Assembly (NCBI GenBank): GCA_045130755.1
Contig: JBGUQD010000049.1
Coordinates: 1-53,447, forward strand
Origin: Candidatus Limivicinus sp.
GTDB taxonomy: Bacteria > Bacillota > Clostridia > Oscillospirales > Oscillospiraceae
Length of the DNA stretch: 53,447 nt
Direction: 5' to 3'
Position numbers and translations under genes: made by a program. The notes beneath the pieces were generated by a model that ran no database searches, was not told the DNA's origin, and saw nothing but the letters and a program-made list of their open reading frames with translations. Shown piece after piece: positions 16,275-25,827 of this stretch. Every line of letters starts with the position of its first letter. Position 1 is the stretch's first letter.

Positions 16275-17285
16275 TTATTCCGCGTCCTCTTCGTCTTCTC
16301 CGGGCTTTTCGCAGGCGGTCAGGTAGAAGCGGTACACGATGACGGCGATGACGATGCAGCACACGGCCATGCCGCTGTAGCAGCTCAGATACCGGTCGCC
16401 GTAGCGCTGGACCAGATACTCGGTCGCGCCGACGCCGAGCAGGAAGATCAGCCAGACGATCCACAGCAGCCAGTGCCAGAAATGCATTCCGTTCGCAAGA
16501 ATGGAGAGGCGGCTGTAGTGGATGAGCAGCAGGAGGATGCACACGGCGGCGATGATCTGCACGATGCTCACAAAGCCGTTGATGGGCAGAAAGCTTGAGT
16601 CATAGCGGGTGGAGTCCATGATCAGCTCGGAGGCGGAGTATAGCAGGAGAAGCATGTTGACAGTGTTGCCCTCGCTGCGGCCCGCCTTCATGGGGATCCG
16701 GCGGCGCTTCAAGAAGAATTTCAGCAGCATCAGGCAGAACAGCAGCATCAGCAGAAAGTGCGCGAAGAAGGTGGCAAAGCGGTACTCGGTAGCGCCGGCG
16801 GAATTGGTGATCCCCGCGGCGAGGGGCAGATGCTGCAAAACCCCGGTAGTCACGGCAATCTTGCTGCGGCAGGCGGACGAGAACAGGGCGCTGAGACGAA
16901 TGAACGCGACCGCAAGGGCCATGCCGGGGGCGGCAGCGTCCAGGAGCTTTGCGGTGTCGCCGTCATCGAGCTTCGCGGCGATCCAGGCGGCAAGCCACAC
17001 GCCGGGGATCGCGGCGGGCAGGACGTAGCTGCCGGCGGTATAATCCGTCACCGCCGTGAAAAAGCCTGCGTACTGCTCCTGATGGCAGTACCAGTGCAGG
17101 ATCCTGCACAGCGGAACCGAGAACAAAAGCGCGAGCGGGAAGAAGAGCATCATCGAGACGATGCGGCCGCGGTTTGTGACCTGCAGGGAAAGGCTCATCA
17201 GCAGCGCCGCGAGCAGCCCGACGGTGATGATAATGGCGCTCCAGTAAAAGACGGTGCTGTCGTAATATACGGCTATGGGATTCAT
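16275..17285 (-). CDS. Polytopic integral membrane protein (hypothetical, ~9-10 TM)
   Basis: 336 aa and very hydrophobic, with an acidic C-terminal tail. Its ATG overlaps the stop of the upstream gene (ATGA at 17282-17285). Confidence 0.75.
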   Translation of the reverse strand: MNPIAVYYDSTVFYWSAIIITVGLLAALLMSLSLQVTNRGRIVSMMLFFPLALLFSVPLCRILHWYCHQEQYAGFFTAVTDYTAGSYVLPAAIPGVWLAAWIAAKLDDGDTAKLLDAAAPGMALAVAFIRLSALFSSACRSKIAVTTGVLQHLPLAAGITNSAGATEYRFATFFAHFLLMLLFCLMLLKFFLKRRRIPMKAGRSEGNTVNMLLLLYSASELIMDSTRYDSSFLPINGFVSIVQIIAAVCILLLLIHYSRLSILANGMHFWHWLLWIVWLIFLLGVGATEYLVQRYGDRYLSCYSGMAVCCIVIAVIVYRFYLTACEKPGEDEEDAE

Positions 17286-18865
17286 CGACGCACCTCCTCG
17301 GGAATGGCGGTTGCAAAGTAGATGATATCGCTCACGGCACGCTCCACGCCGAAGTCCACGTGGTTGATGGGACCGCCCATCATGATAATCTCGGCTGTCT
17401 GGCCGCCGTCGAGGGTGTAGGCCTTCCAGACGTTCTTGGAGTAGATGATGCGCGCCAGCTCATTGATGGTGGCGCGGGGGCGGGCGTCGGGCGTGTGGTT
17501 GATGGTCATGAGCAGATAATGCAGCTCATCGGTCATGGCGATGCAGGAGCGGGAGTACTCGGTGTTGACCTCGCCGATGGGATAGCCGGAGCAGTACTGC
17601 AGCTCCCCGTTATCCACCAGCACCGGACCGAAGGCCACGGCAAAGAGCACGTCGTTTGCCTCGATGAAGCGCTCGGCCTCGCCCTCGCCCATGAGCTCAC
17701 CCGCGCGGGTGAAGATCATGTCGCCGGAGGCGGTGAAGAAACAGGAGTCCACCTGAGCGGGGTTGTTGCGGTAGAGCTTGCGCTGATAGACGGTGATACC
17801 CAGATCGCGGAAGGCGTAGAAGTCACCGTTCATGGCGACCACCGCGTTGGAAGCGTTGGCCATGTCGGAGGCATAGAGCTGGACGCTCGAACTGTAGCTG
17901 TCCTCGGCAAGCTTGCGCCTGAGCTGCGAGCCGTGGGCCACCTTCACCTCGGCGAAGGTGCAGCAGCGCTGCTCGATGTATTCCTTCCACGCGATGACAA
18001 GAATGGTGTCGTCATAGTAGTAGCGGATCGGCTCGTCCGGTACAAAGTCCGCCGTGGGATCGAAGGTCATCTTCTGCCCGTCCAGGAGGAGCGCGGCCTT
18101 GTCGATGAGGGCGGTGATGTCGGCGGGATCATAGGTGGTGCCGAAGCCGTTGGGATCGGGTGCGGGCGCGACGGTGGCGCTCTCCTGCAGGGTGTAGACT
18201 TTTTTGATGTAGGTCAGGTCACCCAGCGCGTCGGCAGCGGCGTTGTTGACATACACGTCCAGCTTGTCCGAAAGGCGCAGCTTCGTGTCGGAGGCGGAAA
18301 AAGCGTTGAGCGTACCGGAGGCCGGATGCAGATACATAAGGGCCCAGCCCAGCAGAATCAGCGTGAAGGCCAGGAACACCAGCGTCAGCAGTGCGCGCAG
18401 GATCCAGGGTATGCGCTTTTTGGCATACACGCGCGGCGGCTTCGGGGCCTTCTTCGGCTTTTCCTCCGCCGCTTCGTCGGGCGCATCCGATACGGCCTGT
18501 TCTTTCTTCGGCTTTCTGCCGAAGCGGCGCTTTTTCTTCGGCGCGTCTTCCTCCTGCTCCTCGGCAGAGGGCTCTTCCGCGTCTTCCTTTGCCTTGGTGA
18601 AGCGGGACTTCTGAGCGGCTTTGCGCTCGTCCTCCTCCTCGCGGGCATAGATGGGCGGCAGATCGTAGCGCATGGTGGCTTCGCTGCTGACAGGGGCGAA
18701 GAGGACATCCTCCCCGGGGGCCGGATCGGCTGTCGTGCTGTACTCCGCCTCGGGCGCCATGCTCACGGGCTCATCCTGTATGGGCGTCTCTTCCGCCTCG
18801 TCCACGCCTCGAAACTCGGCGAGGATGGCGTCAAGATCGCTGAAATCGTAATTGTCTTTACTCAT
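17282..18865 (-). CDS. Phosphodiester glycosidase (NAGPA/DUF2233) family protein with a charged N-terminal tail and a TM anchor
   Basis: 527 aa. Disordered E/K-rich N-terminus. TM helix ILRALLTLVFLAFTLILLGWALMYL. The C-terminal part has MNGDFYAFRD ... TLDGGQTAEIIMMGGPINHV, typical of the family (from memory). Confidence 0.85.
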   Translation of the reverse strand: MSKDNYDFSDLDAILAEFRGVDEAEETPIQDEPVSMAPEAEYSTTADPAPGEDVLFAPVSSEATMRYDLPPIYAREEEDERKAAQKSRFTKAKEDAEEPSAEEQEEDAPKKKRRFGRKPKKEQAVSDAPDEAAEEKPKKAPKPPRVYAKKRIPWILRALLTLVFLAFTLILLGWALMYLHPASGTLNAFSASDTKLRLSDKLDVYVNNAAADALGDLTYIKKVYTLQESATVAPAPDPNGFGTTYDPADITALIDKAALLLDGQKMTFDPTADFVPDEPIRYYYDDTILVIAWKEYIEQRCCTFAEVKVAHGSQLRRKLAEDSYSSSVQLYASDMANASNAVVAMNGDFYAFRDLGITVYQRKLYRNNPAQVDSCFFTASGDMIFTRAGELMGEGEAERFIEANDVLFAVAFGPVLVDNGELQYCSGYPIGEVNTEYSRSCIAMTDELHYLLMTINHTPDARPRATINELARIIYSKNVWKAYTLDGGQTAEIIMMGGPINHVDFGVERAVSDIIYFATAIPEEVRR

Positions 18866-18877
18866 GCTCTGTCTCCA

Positions 18878-20485
18878 TCAATATCCGATCCCACCGGCAA
18901 GGGCGCGCAGCAGCGCGGGACTTGCAAGAATCTGCCAGCGGCCGCCGGTATAGGCCAGGGAAAGATCGAACTGCGTCTCGGCGTAGTAGGCGGGGGCATC
19001 CTGCAGCACCACGTTCAGCGCCGCCAGATACGCCTCGTTTGCCACCTCCGGCCGGTAGCGGCGGTTTTCATCATAGACCTCGCTGACGCTGCGGTTCTGC
19101 ACGATGGCCTCGGCCTGATGCTGGGTTTCCTCCGCCACAGCCTCTTCGAGCCGCGCCAGGTCCAGGTACGTAAAGCGCACCGGCTGCACGGCCTCCAGCT
19201 TGTCGGTGCGGACCTCGCCCGCGAGAGAGTAGGAAAAGCTCTCATGCAGGGCCTGCTGGACCCGCTGTCCCGCGGGGGAGGAGGGCGTCTCGGAAAGGCC
19301 GAGATCGGAGTAGTCGCGCAGCTCCGTGTAGGCGGCGGGGTAATTGCCCTCACAGACAGCGTCGAGGAAGCGGGTGACACTCGCGGCGGGGTCGCCGCTG
19401 GGTTTTGCGTACACGGTGCCGATGTAGATCCCGGCTGCCGCGAGCAGCATTCCGGCGGCGCTCAGGATCAGAGCCAGGAACAGCCCCGTAAAGCGCGCGC
19501 GGTATTTGACGCACAGCACAATGATGATAATAAGTCCCACCAGCAGGAACGCACCTACAGAAACGGCGGGCACGATCCAGGGCAGCTGCACCCGGTCAGG
19601 CGCGGCGGCTGCGGCAGGTGTGGGGACGGGCGTCGCCGCGGGGACCGGCGTAACCGGGGCGGAAGCGGGCGTCGGCTCCGGCGTGGGGGAGGGCTTGTTT
19701 GCCAGCTTTTCGGTGTATTCGCACATGGCGGTGCACCAGGCGCTCAAAAACTCCTCGGAGGTGGAGCCGCCGCGGGAGAAGACCACGATGGCGATGGGCT
19801 GCGTGGTGTAGCAGATGGCGCAGTCATTGAGGATGAGGTCCTCCGAGATCCAGCCGGGCTTGTGCGCAATGCGGAAGCGCGGCTCATTGGTCTTGAAGAA
19901 GCGGTCGGTCATGGCCTTCTGCATGGTTTCGATGATGCCGGGGAAGCGCTCCGGCTCACGGTACAGCAGATCCAGGCAGTTGATGAACTCCCGCGGGGTG
20001 TACATGTTGTACATCGTCTGCTCCATGCGCTCCGAGCCCGGCTCGACCCCGTAGTAGGGCGCAGTGTCGACGCGGAACTGATTGTAGCCGCCGAGGAAGG
20101 TATCGCAGAGGAAATAGGCCTGCTCGTTGCTGGAATCGATCAGGATATCGTTCATCACCGTCTGGAAGCTGAAATACTGCTCATAGACGCTCCAGTCGAT
20201 GCTGCCGTTGTTGAGCTGCTCGGTGGCGTACATGCACAGGGGCACCTTGAACATGCTTGCGGCCACGGCGTAATCATCGCCGTGGATGTAGTGCTCCTCC
20301 CCGGTGACGAGGTTGCGGTAGCCCGCGTATATCTGGCTTTCTTCCACATTGTACTGCGCCAGCACCGCAGCGCTGACGGTATCCCAGTCGGGATCCCCGA
20401 CTTCGGAAGCGAAGGCGGCGGCGCCCGTGCTCACGCACAGCAGCAGCGCAGAGAGCGCGGCGAATATCTTTTGAAATGCTTTCAT
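18878..20485 (-). CDS. Secreted/membrane-anchored class A beta-lactamase-like serine hydrolase with an extra C-terminal domain
   Basis: 535 aa. Signal peptide. SMFKVP (SxxK), DSSNEQ (SxN) and HKPGW (KxG) motifs. A Pro/Thr/Ala linker, two TM helices and a ~200-aa C-terminal domain. A paralogue lies at 40215..41738. Confidence 0.82.
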   Translation of the reverse strand: MKAFQKIFAALSALLLCVSTGAAAFASEVGDPDWDTVSAAVLAQYNVEESQIYAGYRNLVTGEEHYIHGDDYAVAASMFKVPLCMYATEQLNNGSIDWSVYEQYFSFQTVMNDILIDSSNEQAYFLCDTFLGGYNQFRVDTAPYYGVEPGSERMEQTMYNMYTPREFINCLDLLYREPERFPGIIETMQKAMTDRFFKTNEPRFRIAHKPGWISEDLILNDCAICYTTQPIAIVVFSRGGSTSEEFLSAWCTAMCEYTEKLANKPSPTPEPTPASAPVTPVPAATPVPTPAAAAAPDRVQLPWIVPAVSVGAFLLVGLIIIIVLCVKYRARFTGLFLALILSAAGMLLAAAGIYIGTVYAKPSGDPAASVTRFLDAVCEGNYPAAYTELRDYSDLGLSETPSSPAGQRVQQALHESFSYSLAGEVRTDKLEAVQPVRFTYLDLARLEEAVAEETQHQAEAIVQNRSVSEVYDENRRYRPEVANEAYLAALNVVLQDAPAYYAETQFDLSLAYTGGRWQILASPALLRALAGGIGY

Positions 20486-20568
20486 GCAAACACTCCGATA
20501 ATAAAAATCAATCGAATTATTTTATCATAATATAGGAATATTGCAAGTGCCGGAGCGAGAATTTCCTC

Positions 20569-21285
20569 TTATTTTCGACGGAAAAACGGCAGTTTCGACG
20601 CGGCGCGGGAGAGAGGCGAGGGCTTTTTCTCCGAAAGGCCGCGTTCTGCGTCGGAAAGCCCCATGAATTTCAGCACCGCGATCTGCGGCTCCGTGTCGGC
20701 GGTGATCGTGATGCGGTCGGTATCATAGTGGTGCACCATGCCGGGGGCGTAGTGCTTGGTCAGCTCCTCCACGTGCTCGAGCCGCCGGGGGCCCCGGTTC
20801 CCGTCCCGGTAGTGCATGGGGATGAGCACCTTGGGGAACAGCTCCTCCGCCAGCCGGAACACCTCCTGGGAGGGAAGGGCCGTGCAGGACCCGGCGGTGA
20901 TCATCATGGCGTCAAGATCATAGAGCCTGCCCATCTGCTCGCCGGTGAGGGGCGCGCCGATGTCGCCCATGTGGGCCACGCGTATGCCGTCTGCCTCGAT
21001 GAGGTGGATGAGGCAGCTGCCGCGCATGATGCCGCAGACCGTGTCGTGCCAGACCTCCATGGGCGTGACGGTAAAGGGGCAGTCGCTCTCGGGCCTGCCG
21101 GAGAGGATGACGCCCGGCGTGTAGTTGTGGCCGTAGCTGTCATGGCTGATGAGAAGCCTGTCCGCTTTCACGCCCGTGAGCTTCGGATAGCCGGGGATGT
21201 AGTCTGCGTTATAGGGGTCGATGACGAGCGTGTAGCCTTTATGGGTTATGGTAAAGCAGGCATGTCCCAGCCAGCGTATTTCCAT
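20569..21285 (-). CDS. MBL-fold metallo-hydrolase (UPF0173-like)
   Basis: 238 aa. MEIRWLGHACFTI..., LLISHDSYGHN, VAHMGD. A 10-bp hairpin at 21318-21345 separates it from the upstream gene. Confidence 0.85.
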   Translation of the reverse strand: MEIRWLGHACFTITHKGYTLVIDPYNADYIPGYPKLTGVKADRLLISHDSYGHNYTPGVILSGRPESDCPFTVTPMEVWHDTVCGIMRGSCLIHLIEADGIRVAHMGDIGAPLTGEQMGRLYDLDAMMITAGSCTALPSQEVFRLAEELFPKVLIPMHYRDGNRGPRRLEHVEELTKHYAPGMVHHYDTDRITITADTEPQIAVLKFMGLSDAERGLSEKKPSPLSRAASKLPFFRRK

Positions 21286-21347
21286 GGTGCTTCCTCCAAT
21301 AAAACGGACGGGTATCTCGATTGCAAACCAGAGTTTGCAATCGAATC

Positions 21348-22271
21348 CTATCCCTCCATGATATGCATTGCCCGAAGGTCGGGACTTTCAATATGACCTG
21401 CGATCTCAAAGGCGTGCGGCTCCAGATAGTCCCAGGAGCCGTGGGTCAGGTGCTGCGCCTTGAGTTCCTTCACAACGGCGGCGCAGATGTCCTCAATCAC
21501 CGCGGACTTGAGGATGCGGCCCTGCTCGTCGTTATCTGCGGTGAGCAGAAATTCCAGCGCGTCCTTCATCCCGGCGAGGGTTTCGAGATTCTCCATTCCC
21601 CGGAGCTGCCACTTGTAATAGGGCATGTGGCGGCGGTTGAGAAGATAGATCGCCTCACAGGCATTGTTCACAAACTCCGTCATTGCGAGCATCGCGGCGC
21701 CGAGTTCCCCGTGCCGCACGCAGCGGGGGTAGTTATACTGCCCGGCCTGGGCCATGGTGATCACGCGCGCCGCCAGCTTCTTGAGGCGTACATCCTCCGG
21801 CATGCCGTGCAGGAGCGTTTCGCGGATGGAGGAAAACAGTCCCTGATCATCCCGGAAGACGGCCCCGTTGGTGGACTCCGCCAGCGCGTGGGAGGGCAGA
21901 TTCAGCCACTGCATATCGTTTTCGGGCGCGCCCGCGCAGCCGGTATAGCGGCTGTAAAAGTCGCTGATGCGACGCACGCCCCGGCTCGTCTCACTCAGGG
22001 CGCTGCGCTCTTTGGCCTTCTGAAACGGAAGGGCACGGTAGGCGCGGGCAAGCTGCACGCCGATGGCACGGTCGGTCTCGTCGTCCACCCAGAGACAGAA
22101 GCCCTCGGGAAAGTCGTGGTCGCGCGAGAGCTCATCGTCAAAGCCGAAGCACTCCGACCCGTGACCGACTAGGCCCGCGGCGATGCGCCCGGCCCAGTTC
22201 GGGAAAAGCCGCTCGATCATGTCGACGCCATAGCGCTCGTAGAGCTTTCTGGCTTCCTCAAGTCCCTGCAT
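21348..22271 (-). CDS. Nucleotidyltransferase-fold / DUF4037 domain protein
   Basis: ORF 21348..22439. The start is taken at MQGLEEARKLYERYG (ATG 22271). It has the minimal NTase motif GHGSECFGFDDELSRDHDF. Overlaps the upstream TPR gene by 14 nt. Confidence 0.78.
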   Translation of the reverse strand: MQGLEEARKLYERYGVDMIERLFPNWAGRIAAGLVGHGSECFGFDDELSRDHDFPEGFCLWVDDETDRAIGVQLARAYRALPFQKAKERSALSETSRGVRRISDFYSRYTGCAGAPENDMQWLNLPSHALAESTNGAVFRDDQGLFSSIRETLLHGMPEDVRLKKLAARVITMAQAGQYNYPRCVRHGELGAAMLAMTEFVNNACEAIYLLNRRHMPYYKWQLRGMENLETLAGMKDALEFLLTADNDEQGRILKSAVIEDICAAVVKELKAQHLTHGSWDYLEPHAFEIAGHIESPDLRAMHIMEG

Positions 22272-23073
22272 AGATCTTCTCCGCCCTTTCCCTGAGCTCC
22301 TTCGCATAGAGGAAGTAGCCGTAATAATCAAACGTGGGCGCACACTTGGAGATGGTGAAGGCGTGGTAGCCGTCGCGGGGAAGGTCCGGGGCGCTGAGGC
22401 AGTCCCAGGCCATCTCCAGACAGTCGCCGATGCGCTCATCCTCCAGATCGCGCTTTCCGTACATCTCTGCCAGATTGCACCAGGTCACGGCGCTGTCGTT
22501 TTCCGGGTGCACGGTCTGCTCAATGGTCTTGAGCGCCAGCATGAAAAAGCGCTCGGCACTCTCCACATCGTCAATGTCGTCATAACTCAGGGCCATGTTG
22601 TTATACAGGCCCGCAAAGCGGTAGTCCGCGGGGTCAAGATTGTCGGCATAGACCCGGGCAACGTGCGTGAAGATGGGGATGGACTCAGCGGCATGGCCGA
22701 AGGCTTTGAGGGTCGTGGCTGCGTTTAAGAGGATCGTCGCGCCCGAGACGGTGCGGCCCATGTGATGGACGCGGATGATCTCAAGGGCGTGACTGACCGC
22801 GTTCAAAGCCTTCGCCGCCTCCTGCGTGCGGCGGTACTGGCCCAAAAGCTCGCTTGTGATGCTCAATTCCGCGCGCCAGTCCCCGCCCCGCTTCGACGTT
22901 TCCAGCGCCTGCTCCAGCAGATCACGGGCGTCATGCTCCCGGCCCTGACTGCACAGAGCGTCGAAGCTTTCGATGAGCCGCGGCACATCCACCGCCTGCG
23001 GGCAGGGCTCGGCGTCCGGTGTGCCGGTATACTGGGTGGTATCAAAAATACAGCAAATATCGTTGTGATCCAT
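22258..23073 (-). CDS. Tetratricopeptide-repeat protein
   Basis: 271 aa with repeated A/L/Y-rich helical hairpins (LNAATTLKAFGHAAESIPIF..., LYNNMALSYDDIDDVESAERFFMLAL...). Confidence 0.75.
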   Translation of the reverse strand: MDHNDICCIFDTTQYTGTPDAEPCPQAVDVPRLIESFDALCSQGREHDARDLLEQALETSKRGGDWRAELSITSELLGQYRRTQEAAKALNAVSHALEIIRVHHMGRTVSGATILLNAATTLKAFGHAAESIPIFTHVARVYADNLDPADYRFAGLYNNMALSYDDIDDVESAERFFMLALKTIEQTVHPENDSAVTWCNLAEMYGKRDLEDERIGDCLEMAWDCLSAPDLPRDGYHAFTISKCAPTFDYYGYFLYAKELRERAEKIYAGT

Positions 23074-23079
23074 AAAAGC

Positions 23080-23550
23080 TCACCCTTCCTGTCCGGGAAC
23101 GTAATAATCAAGCTGCTTGTTATATGCCGTGAGAAATCGACCGCTGTGGTCAGCGGTGTGCTCAAACAGCACCCACTGCTCGGCGTCCTCTCCGTAGTGC
23201 GGCGCGGCGTTTGCGATCCGGCATTCGACCGTGACGCCGTTATCCAGTGTAATGGTAAGATCACCCAACGCGTTGACCGCTGCAGACAGCACCCGCCCGC
23301 CGACGATACGCTCCCGGTGCGTGGTCATGTTGAAGTTCTCGTCGTTGTGCATGGAGTCAATCCCGTCCCAGGACTGATAGTCGGGGGTAGTGATGAGTAT
23401 TTCATCATCCGCAACCACGCGGGAAAAGCCCGCTGCATGCAGCACAAGATCCTCTTCAAAGACAAATTCCAGCAGATCCGCCTCACAGCCGAGATATTCA
23501 AGATTTTTCCCTACAAGCAGACTGACAAAATCAATAATATCCTGACGCAT
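23080..23550 (-). CDS. Hypothetical protein (156 aa, no family recognised)
   Basis: ORF with GGAGGGAAAC SD. It lies 6 nt upstream of the TPR gene and is the first gene of the operon. Confidence 0.65.
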   Translation of the reverse strand: MRQDIIDFVSLLVGKNLEYLGCEADLLEFVFEEDLVLHAAGFSRVVADDEILITTPDYQSWDGIDSMHNDENFNMTTHRERIVGGRVLSAAVNALGDLTITLDNGVTVECRIANAAPHYGEDAEQWVLFEHTADHSGRFLTAYNKQLDYYVPGQEG

Positions 23551-23588
23551 AGTTTCCCTCCAAATCAGTGGGAAAACCTCCCTGTATG

Positions 23589-23721
23589 GTCATTGCGAAC
23601 CAGTGACCGACGTCACTGGTGTGGCAATCCGTACTCCCAGCGGCTGATTTACCGTTTGCAAAACCGAAGTGCCTCCGGCGGGCGGATTGCCACGCCAGTG
23701 TGCGCACTGGCTCGCAATGAC
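23589..23721. repeat. Compound imperfect inverted repeat (~133 bp), REP/MITE-like intergenic element
   Basis: The left arm gtcattgcgaaccagtg..cactggtgtggcaatccg (23589-23631) pairs with the right arm cggattgccacgccagtg..cactggctcgcaatgac (23683-23721). Each arm also contains its own ccagtg/cactgg sub-hairpin. Translated, it gives the ...RIATPVCALARND... peptide that I recall from spurious ORFs in gut Clostridia. Confidence 0.75.
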
Positions 23722-23839
23722 GGGAGAAGTTCACAATATGATACTCATATTATACCACATTCTCATGAGCCCGCCAACAGCGACTTGCAAGAAACGCGCC
23801 GAATGGGTATAATAATAAAAAAAGTTTTCGGAGGCCTCT

Positions 23840-25810
23840 ATGAGCAATCGACTGATAAACGAAAAATCCCCCTATCTGCGCCAGCACGCGGAAAACCCCG
23901 TCGACTGGTACCCCTGGGGTGAAGAGGCATTTGAGAAGGCGCGGCGGGAGGACAAGCCCGTCTTCCTCTCCATCGGCTACTCCACGTGCCACTGGTGCCA
24001 TGTGATGGCCCACGAGTCCTTCGAGGACAAAAGCGTTGCCGAAATCCTGAACAAATACTATGTTCCCGTCAAGGTCGACCGTGAGGAGCGGCCCGACGTG
24101 GACAGCGTCTATATGCAGGCCTGCGTCGCGGCAAACGGCAGCGGCGGCTGGCCCCTGACCGCGATCCTCACCCCGGAGCAGGAGCCCTTCTTCATCGGCA
24201 CCTACTTTCCGAAGGAAAACCGCAGCGGACGCATGGGCCTGCGCTTCATCCTCTCCGCCATCGCGGAGAAATGGGGCAACGACCGGGACGAGCTTCTGCA
24301 TACCGCAAGCGAGATGACCGCCTGGCTGCAGCAGGAGGCACCGGCGGGGGAGAGCGTAGGCGACCTGCCGCAGAAGGCCATGGAGCAGCTCATGAGCTCC
24401 TACGACCAGGAGTACGGCGGCTTCGGCTGGTCCACCAAGTTCCCGTCGCCCCACAATCTGCTGTTTCTGATGGAATATGCGCTGCTCAAAAACGACCGCA
24501 AACCCCGCGAGGCTGTGGAAAACACCCTGCGGCAGATGTACAAGGGCGGCATCTATGACCACTTCGGCGGCGGCTTCTGCCGCTATTCCACCGACCGCGA
24601 ATGGCTCAAGCCCCACTTTGAAAAGACCCTCTACGACAACGCCCTGCTGGCTCTGACGTATACCGAGGCGTGGCAGGAGGGGCATATGGCCCTCTGGCGC
24701 GAGGTTGCCGAGCAGACGCTCGACTACTGCCTGCGGGAGCTCAAGGCACCGGAAGGCGGCTTTTACAGCGGCCAGGACGCGGACAGCGGGGGACAGGAGG
24801 GGGCCTACTACCTCTTCACACCGGAGGAGATTGCACACGTTCTCGGCGCGGAAGCGGGCAAACACTTCTGCGAGTGCTATGACATTACCCAAGAGGGCAA
24901 CTTCCAGGGCAAAAGCATCCCGAACCTGCTGCTCAATAACCGCTGGAACTTCCTGCCCGAAGGCTACGATGAGTACCGCGAAAAACTGCGCGAGTACCGG
25001 GCCGGGCGCATGCCGCTCTTTACCGACAGCAAGATTCTCACGGGCTGGAACGGCCTGATGCTCATGGCCCTCTCCCGCTCAGCGAATGCCTTCGGCGACC
25101 GGCGCTATCTCCTGGAGGCGCAGGAGCTGGCGGCCTTTATCCTGCATAACATGCACGAGGGCGGCAGACTCAGGGCCCGGCTCTGCGATGGGGAGCTGCG
25201 CTTTGACGCAAGCCTCAGCGATCACGCCTTCTGCGCTCTCGGCCTTCTGGAACTCTACAGCGCGGACTTTGATCCGCGGCACCTGCTGGACGCCGAAGCC
25301 CTTGCCGGGGAGCTTGACCGCTTTGCCGATCCGCGGGGTGGATTCTTTGACACCCCGGCCGACGGCGAAAAGCTCATCCTCCGCCCGAAGGAGACCCAGG
25401 ACGGGGCCCTGCCCTGCGGCAACAGCGCCTGCGCGGTCCTGTTCGACCGCCTCTTCCGCCTGACGGCGGAGGAGAAATGGCGCGCGGCGCTGGACGGGCA
25501 GCTTGCTTTCCTGAAAGCCGCCGCCGGACAATACCCGGCTTCGAATGTCTACGGCCTCACGGCGCTGATGCTCTCCGAAGGGCCGGGGCGCGAGACCGTC
25601 GCCGTACTGCCGGACGAGCGGCACCCGGATGAGCTCAAGGCGATTCTGCGCAGGTGGTCGCCGGAGATGGCGGTGCTGGTCAAGACGCCCGCAAACGCGG
25701 AGACGCTCTCGGCGGCCGCGCCCTTCACCGCCTCCATGGAGGTAAAAAACGGCAAACCCACCTACTATGTCTGCACCGACGGGGCCTGCGCCCTGCCGGT
25801 GAACCTGTGA
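23840..25810 (+). CDS. Thioredoxin-domain protein of the DUF255/YyaL family (N-terminal Trx-like domain plus an (alpha/alpha)6 barrel)
   Basis: 656 aa. [22 protein letters not shown]...[17 protein letters not shown] is the family signature. Confidence 0.92.
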   Translation: MSNRLINEKSPYLRQHAENPVDWYPWGEEAFEKARREDKPVFLSIGYSTCHWCHVMAHESFEDKSVAEILNKYYVPVKVDREERPDVDSVYMQACVAANGSGGWPLTAILTPEQEPFFIGTYFPKENRSGRMGLRFILSAIAEKWGNDRDELLHTASEMTAWLQQEAPAGESVGDLPQKAMEQLMSSYDQEYGGFGWSTKFPSPHNLLFLMEYALLKNDRKPREAVENTLRQMYKGGIYDHFGGGFCRYSTDREWLKPHFEKTLYDNALLALTYTEAWQEGHMALWREVAEQTLDYCLRELKAPEGGFYSGQDADSGGQEGAYYLFTPEEIAHVLGAEAGKHFCECYDITQEGNFQGKSIPNLLLNNRWNFLPEGYDEYREKLREYRAGRMPLFTDSKILTGWNGLMLMALSRSANAFGDRRYLLEAQELAAFILHNMHEGGRLRARLCDGELRFDASLSDHAFCALGLLELYSADFDPRHLLDAEALAGELDRFADPRGGFFDTPADGEKLILRPKETQDGALPCGNSACAVLFDRLFRLTAEEKWRAALDGQLAFLKAAAGQYPASNVYGLTALMLSEGPGRETVAVLPDERHPDELKAILRRWSPEMAVLVKTPANAETLSAAAPFTASMEVKNGKPTYYVCTDGACALPVNL

Positions 25811-25827
25811 GCGGGGGTGAACATAGA

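Noticed and set aside
17360-20530. 1056-aa plus-strand ORF spanning two minus-strand genes
   Set aside because: Shadow ORF. It crosses the intergenic gap at 18866-18877 and has low-complexity Gly/Arg/Ala/Leu content. Both minus-strand genes have clear family motifs. The same reasoning rejects 36145..37743(+), 37826..39256(+), 40173..41720(-), 44228..45973(-), 46492..48297(-), 49302..50726(-), 23750..24892(-), 26865..27782(-) and 10615..11667(+).
21348-22439. Long form (363 aa) of the DUF4037 protein
   Set aside because: The first 56 aa (MSASATVWRWPGTASAPRTFPATATTPSPS...) are an out-of-frame reading of the 3' end of the TPR gene. The ATG at 22271 gives a sensible N-terminus and a 14-nt overlap typical of coupled genes.
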